From the NCBI GenBank assembly GCA_964619725.1, contig CAZUFC010000052.1, forward strand, positions 16,301 through 54,472: a DNA stretch of 38,172 bases. The letters run 5' to 3'. The notes beneath the pieces are model-generated. The model was not told the DNA's origin. It was given only the letters and a program-made list of their open reading frames with translations, and did no database searches. Position 1 is the stretch's first letter. Each line of letters begins with the position of its first letter. This document shows positions 35,070 through 38,172 of the stretch, piece by piece. The DNA is from an uncultured bacterium (GTDB lineage: Bacteria > CSSED10-310 > CAZUFC01). Both the position numbers and the translations under genes were made by a program.

Positions 35070-35945
35070 TCAGGTCCCCTTCGGCGTCCATATCACGCAT
35101 AACTCAACATAGCCCGAAGTTACCGAACCCTCAAATACCAAGGCTTGATGGTCGGTTTTTACGTCAAGCGCTGTCGGACCGCCTTTTAAAAAAAGTTCCG
35201 GAAGTGAAAATTCGACGTTTTTACCCATGTCCACGATTCGGGAGCGAAGATTTCCGCTTATCACATTGCTTAATTCTCCTACGCAATCGGACACGGTTTC
35301 CTCGTCACACTCCATTTCCATATCGTCGAACAGATTCCTTACCAGAGCACATGCAGCATCCTGCGTAAAATTCAGCACGTTTTTAAACTCCAGGTCGCCC
35401 TTAAAATCAACCGAACTGATTACATAAAGATTCTCGGTCTTCGCTGAGGTGAATTCTCCTGTGCCTAATTTTAGCTGGAGATTGGCCATTCTTCGGAAAA
35501 TCTTGACGCTGGCGTCTATAAGCGCATAAACTTCATTGCGGATATCCAGATGTCTTGGAATAATATCCCAATAGGATGATATCGGCTTCTGCTCCTCATT
35601 ATAATCAATGAGATATCTCTTCAAGTCCTGTTCAGTCAGCGCTCCCTTCTTTACCAGCGCTTCCCCGATGTGTACATGATTGTTCTTCTGTTCCGTTAAA
35701 ATTCTTTCCAGTTGTTCCTCATTAAGATATCCCATCGATACTGCAAGTTCTCCGAACATCTTGTCCGTCAGTCTTTGCTCAAAATTGACCTTTCTAGCCT
35801 GATCGCGCGTCAAATAACCCTCTTTTACGGCTATTTCGCCGATCCTCTCTACATGATTGCGTTGATATTCAACTGCATCATTGAGTTGTTGTTCTGTTAT
35901 TACTTCCTTGTCAAGCAGGTATTGACCGAAAAATAGAGGTTTCAT
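35070..35945 (-). CDS. cheX: CheX/CheC-family phosphatase with four N-terminal MshEN-like repeats
   Basis: Repeats FFGQYLL.., RIGEIAV..GYL, MFGELAV..GYL and HIGEALV..GAL; C-terminal DCVGELSNVISGN (E-x-x-N) and FSLP. The start at ATG 35945 is supported by the upstream promoter. Confidence 0.8.
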   Translation of the reverse strand: MKPLFFGQYLLDKEVITEQQLNDAVEYQRNHVERIGEIAVKEGYLTRDQARKVNFEQRLTDKMFGELAVSMGYLNEEQLERILTEQKNNHVHIGEALVKKGALTEQDLKRYLIDYNEEQKPISSYWDIIPRHLDIRNEVYALIDASVKIFRRMANLQLKLGTGEFTSAKTENLYVISSVDFKGDLEFKNVLNFTQDAACALVRNLFDDMEMECDEETVSDCVGELSNVISGNLRSRIVDMGKNVEFSLPELFLKGGPTALDVKTDHQALVFEGSVTSGYVELCVIWTPKGT

Positions 35946-35982
35946 CGAAAGCTCCAAAAAATCTCTCACAACACAAAAATAA

Positions 35983-36011
35983 ATATTACGGATAAAACGA
36001 TTGAATGTCAA
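35983..36011 (-). promoter_or_regulatory. Sigma70 promoter of the CheX-like gene
   Basis: Minus strand TTGACA-17 bp-TAATAT. Confidence 0.6.
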
Positions 36012-36067
36012 GTTTTACAACAGGAAAAAAAGCTTCTACTGTATCAGAACTGATAATCAAACTATAT

Positions 36068-36106
36068 TAGTGCCTGTCGATAAACTCGAATCTCGATTCA
36101 AAATTT
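36068..36106 (+). repeat. Dispersed 39-bp element end (MITE-like terminus), copy 2
   Basis: 33/39 identity to the reverse complement of 3736..3774. Confidence 0.65.
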
Positions 36107-36126
36107 AATGCTGGACAGCCGCTTGG

Positions 36127-36270
36127 GTTTTTGATCCATAAACGGGCGAATTTAACTTAAAGCAATTAAGACAGGGATTTGCGAGGCAGGGGTAATGCAT
36201 ATACGTTGACTGAGCAAATCCGCAGCCTGACGTAGTATTGGGGGGAAATTCGCCGTTTATGGACAAAAAC
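36127..36270. mobile_element. 144-bp palindromic non-autonomous (MITE-like) element, copy B
   Basis: Same length, orientation and terminal inverted repeats as 17079..17222; aligns without gaps. Confidence 0.75.
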
Positions 36271-36397
36271 TATATTAAAAATTTAAATCGGATATTTCAA
36301 GAGGTAAATTTAGTTTACATCATGACTTGTCTCTTTTGTATAAACAGGCATGAATGGTGGAGATGTTTGTCAATGATGGACCAGAAGCTGATGAATT

Positions 36398-38172
<1,775 letters not shown>

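Noticed and set aside
35946-36011. TTG-start extension of the CheX-like ORF
   Set aside because: The TTG is the -35 box of a good promoter; ATG 35945 is the likely start.

Overview
Bacterial chromosomal window with no rRNA, tRNA or CRISPR array that I can see. It is probably from a diderm, since it encodes a secretin and an outer-membrane barrel, and from a poorly characterised lineage. It is a patchwork of accessory genes. The left end has a 66-bp hairpin tandem repeat next to a transposase remnant. Then come a SAM methyltransferase, an ankyrin protein, an exported MsrA, an orphan N6-adenine DNA methyltransferase, an Hsp70-NBD/Ser-Thr kinase fusion, a tandem-USP fusion, an isochorismatase, an isolated cpaB-cpaC pair and an MntA/HepT toxin-antitoxin pair. 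The rest includes a pentapeptide protein, several lipoproteins, a SprT-like protease, an LptD-like barrel, a MshEN-like/CheX protein and a collagen/S74 fibre protein. There are also four large secreted proteins: beta-helix, triple GATase-like, FG-GAP/PKD, and GH13-dockerin-cohesin. The strongest novelty candidate is a ~115-aa C-terminal domain shared by two unrelated secreted proteins about 30 kb apart, which may be a lineage-specific sorting or anchoring domain. Next are the Hsp70-kinase fusion, whose Hsp70 catalytic residues appear substituted, and a 144-bp palindromic element present twice. All calls come from reading motifs by eye; no database searches were run.
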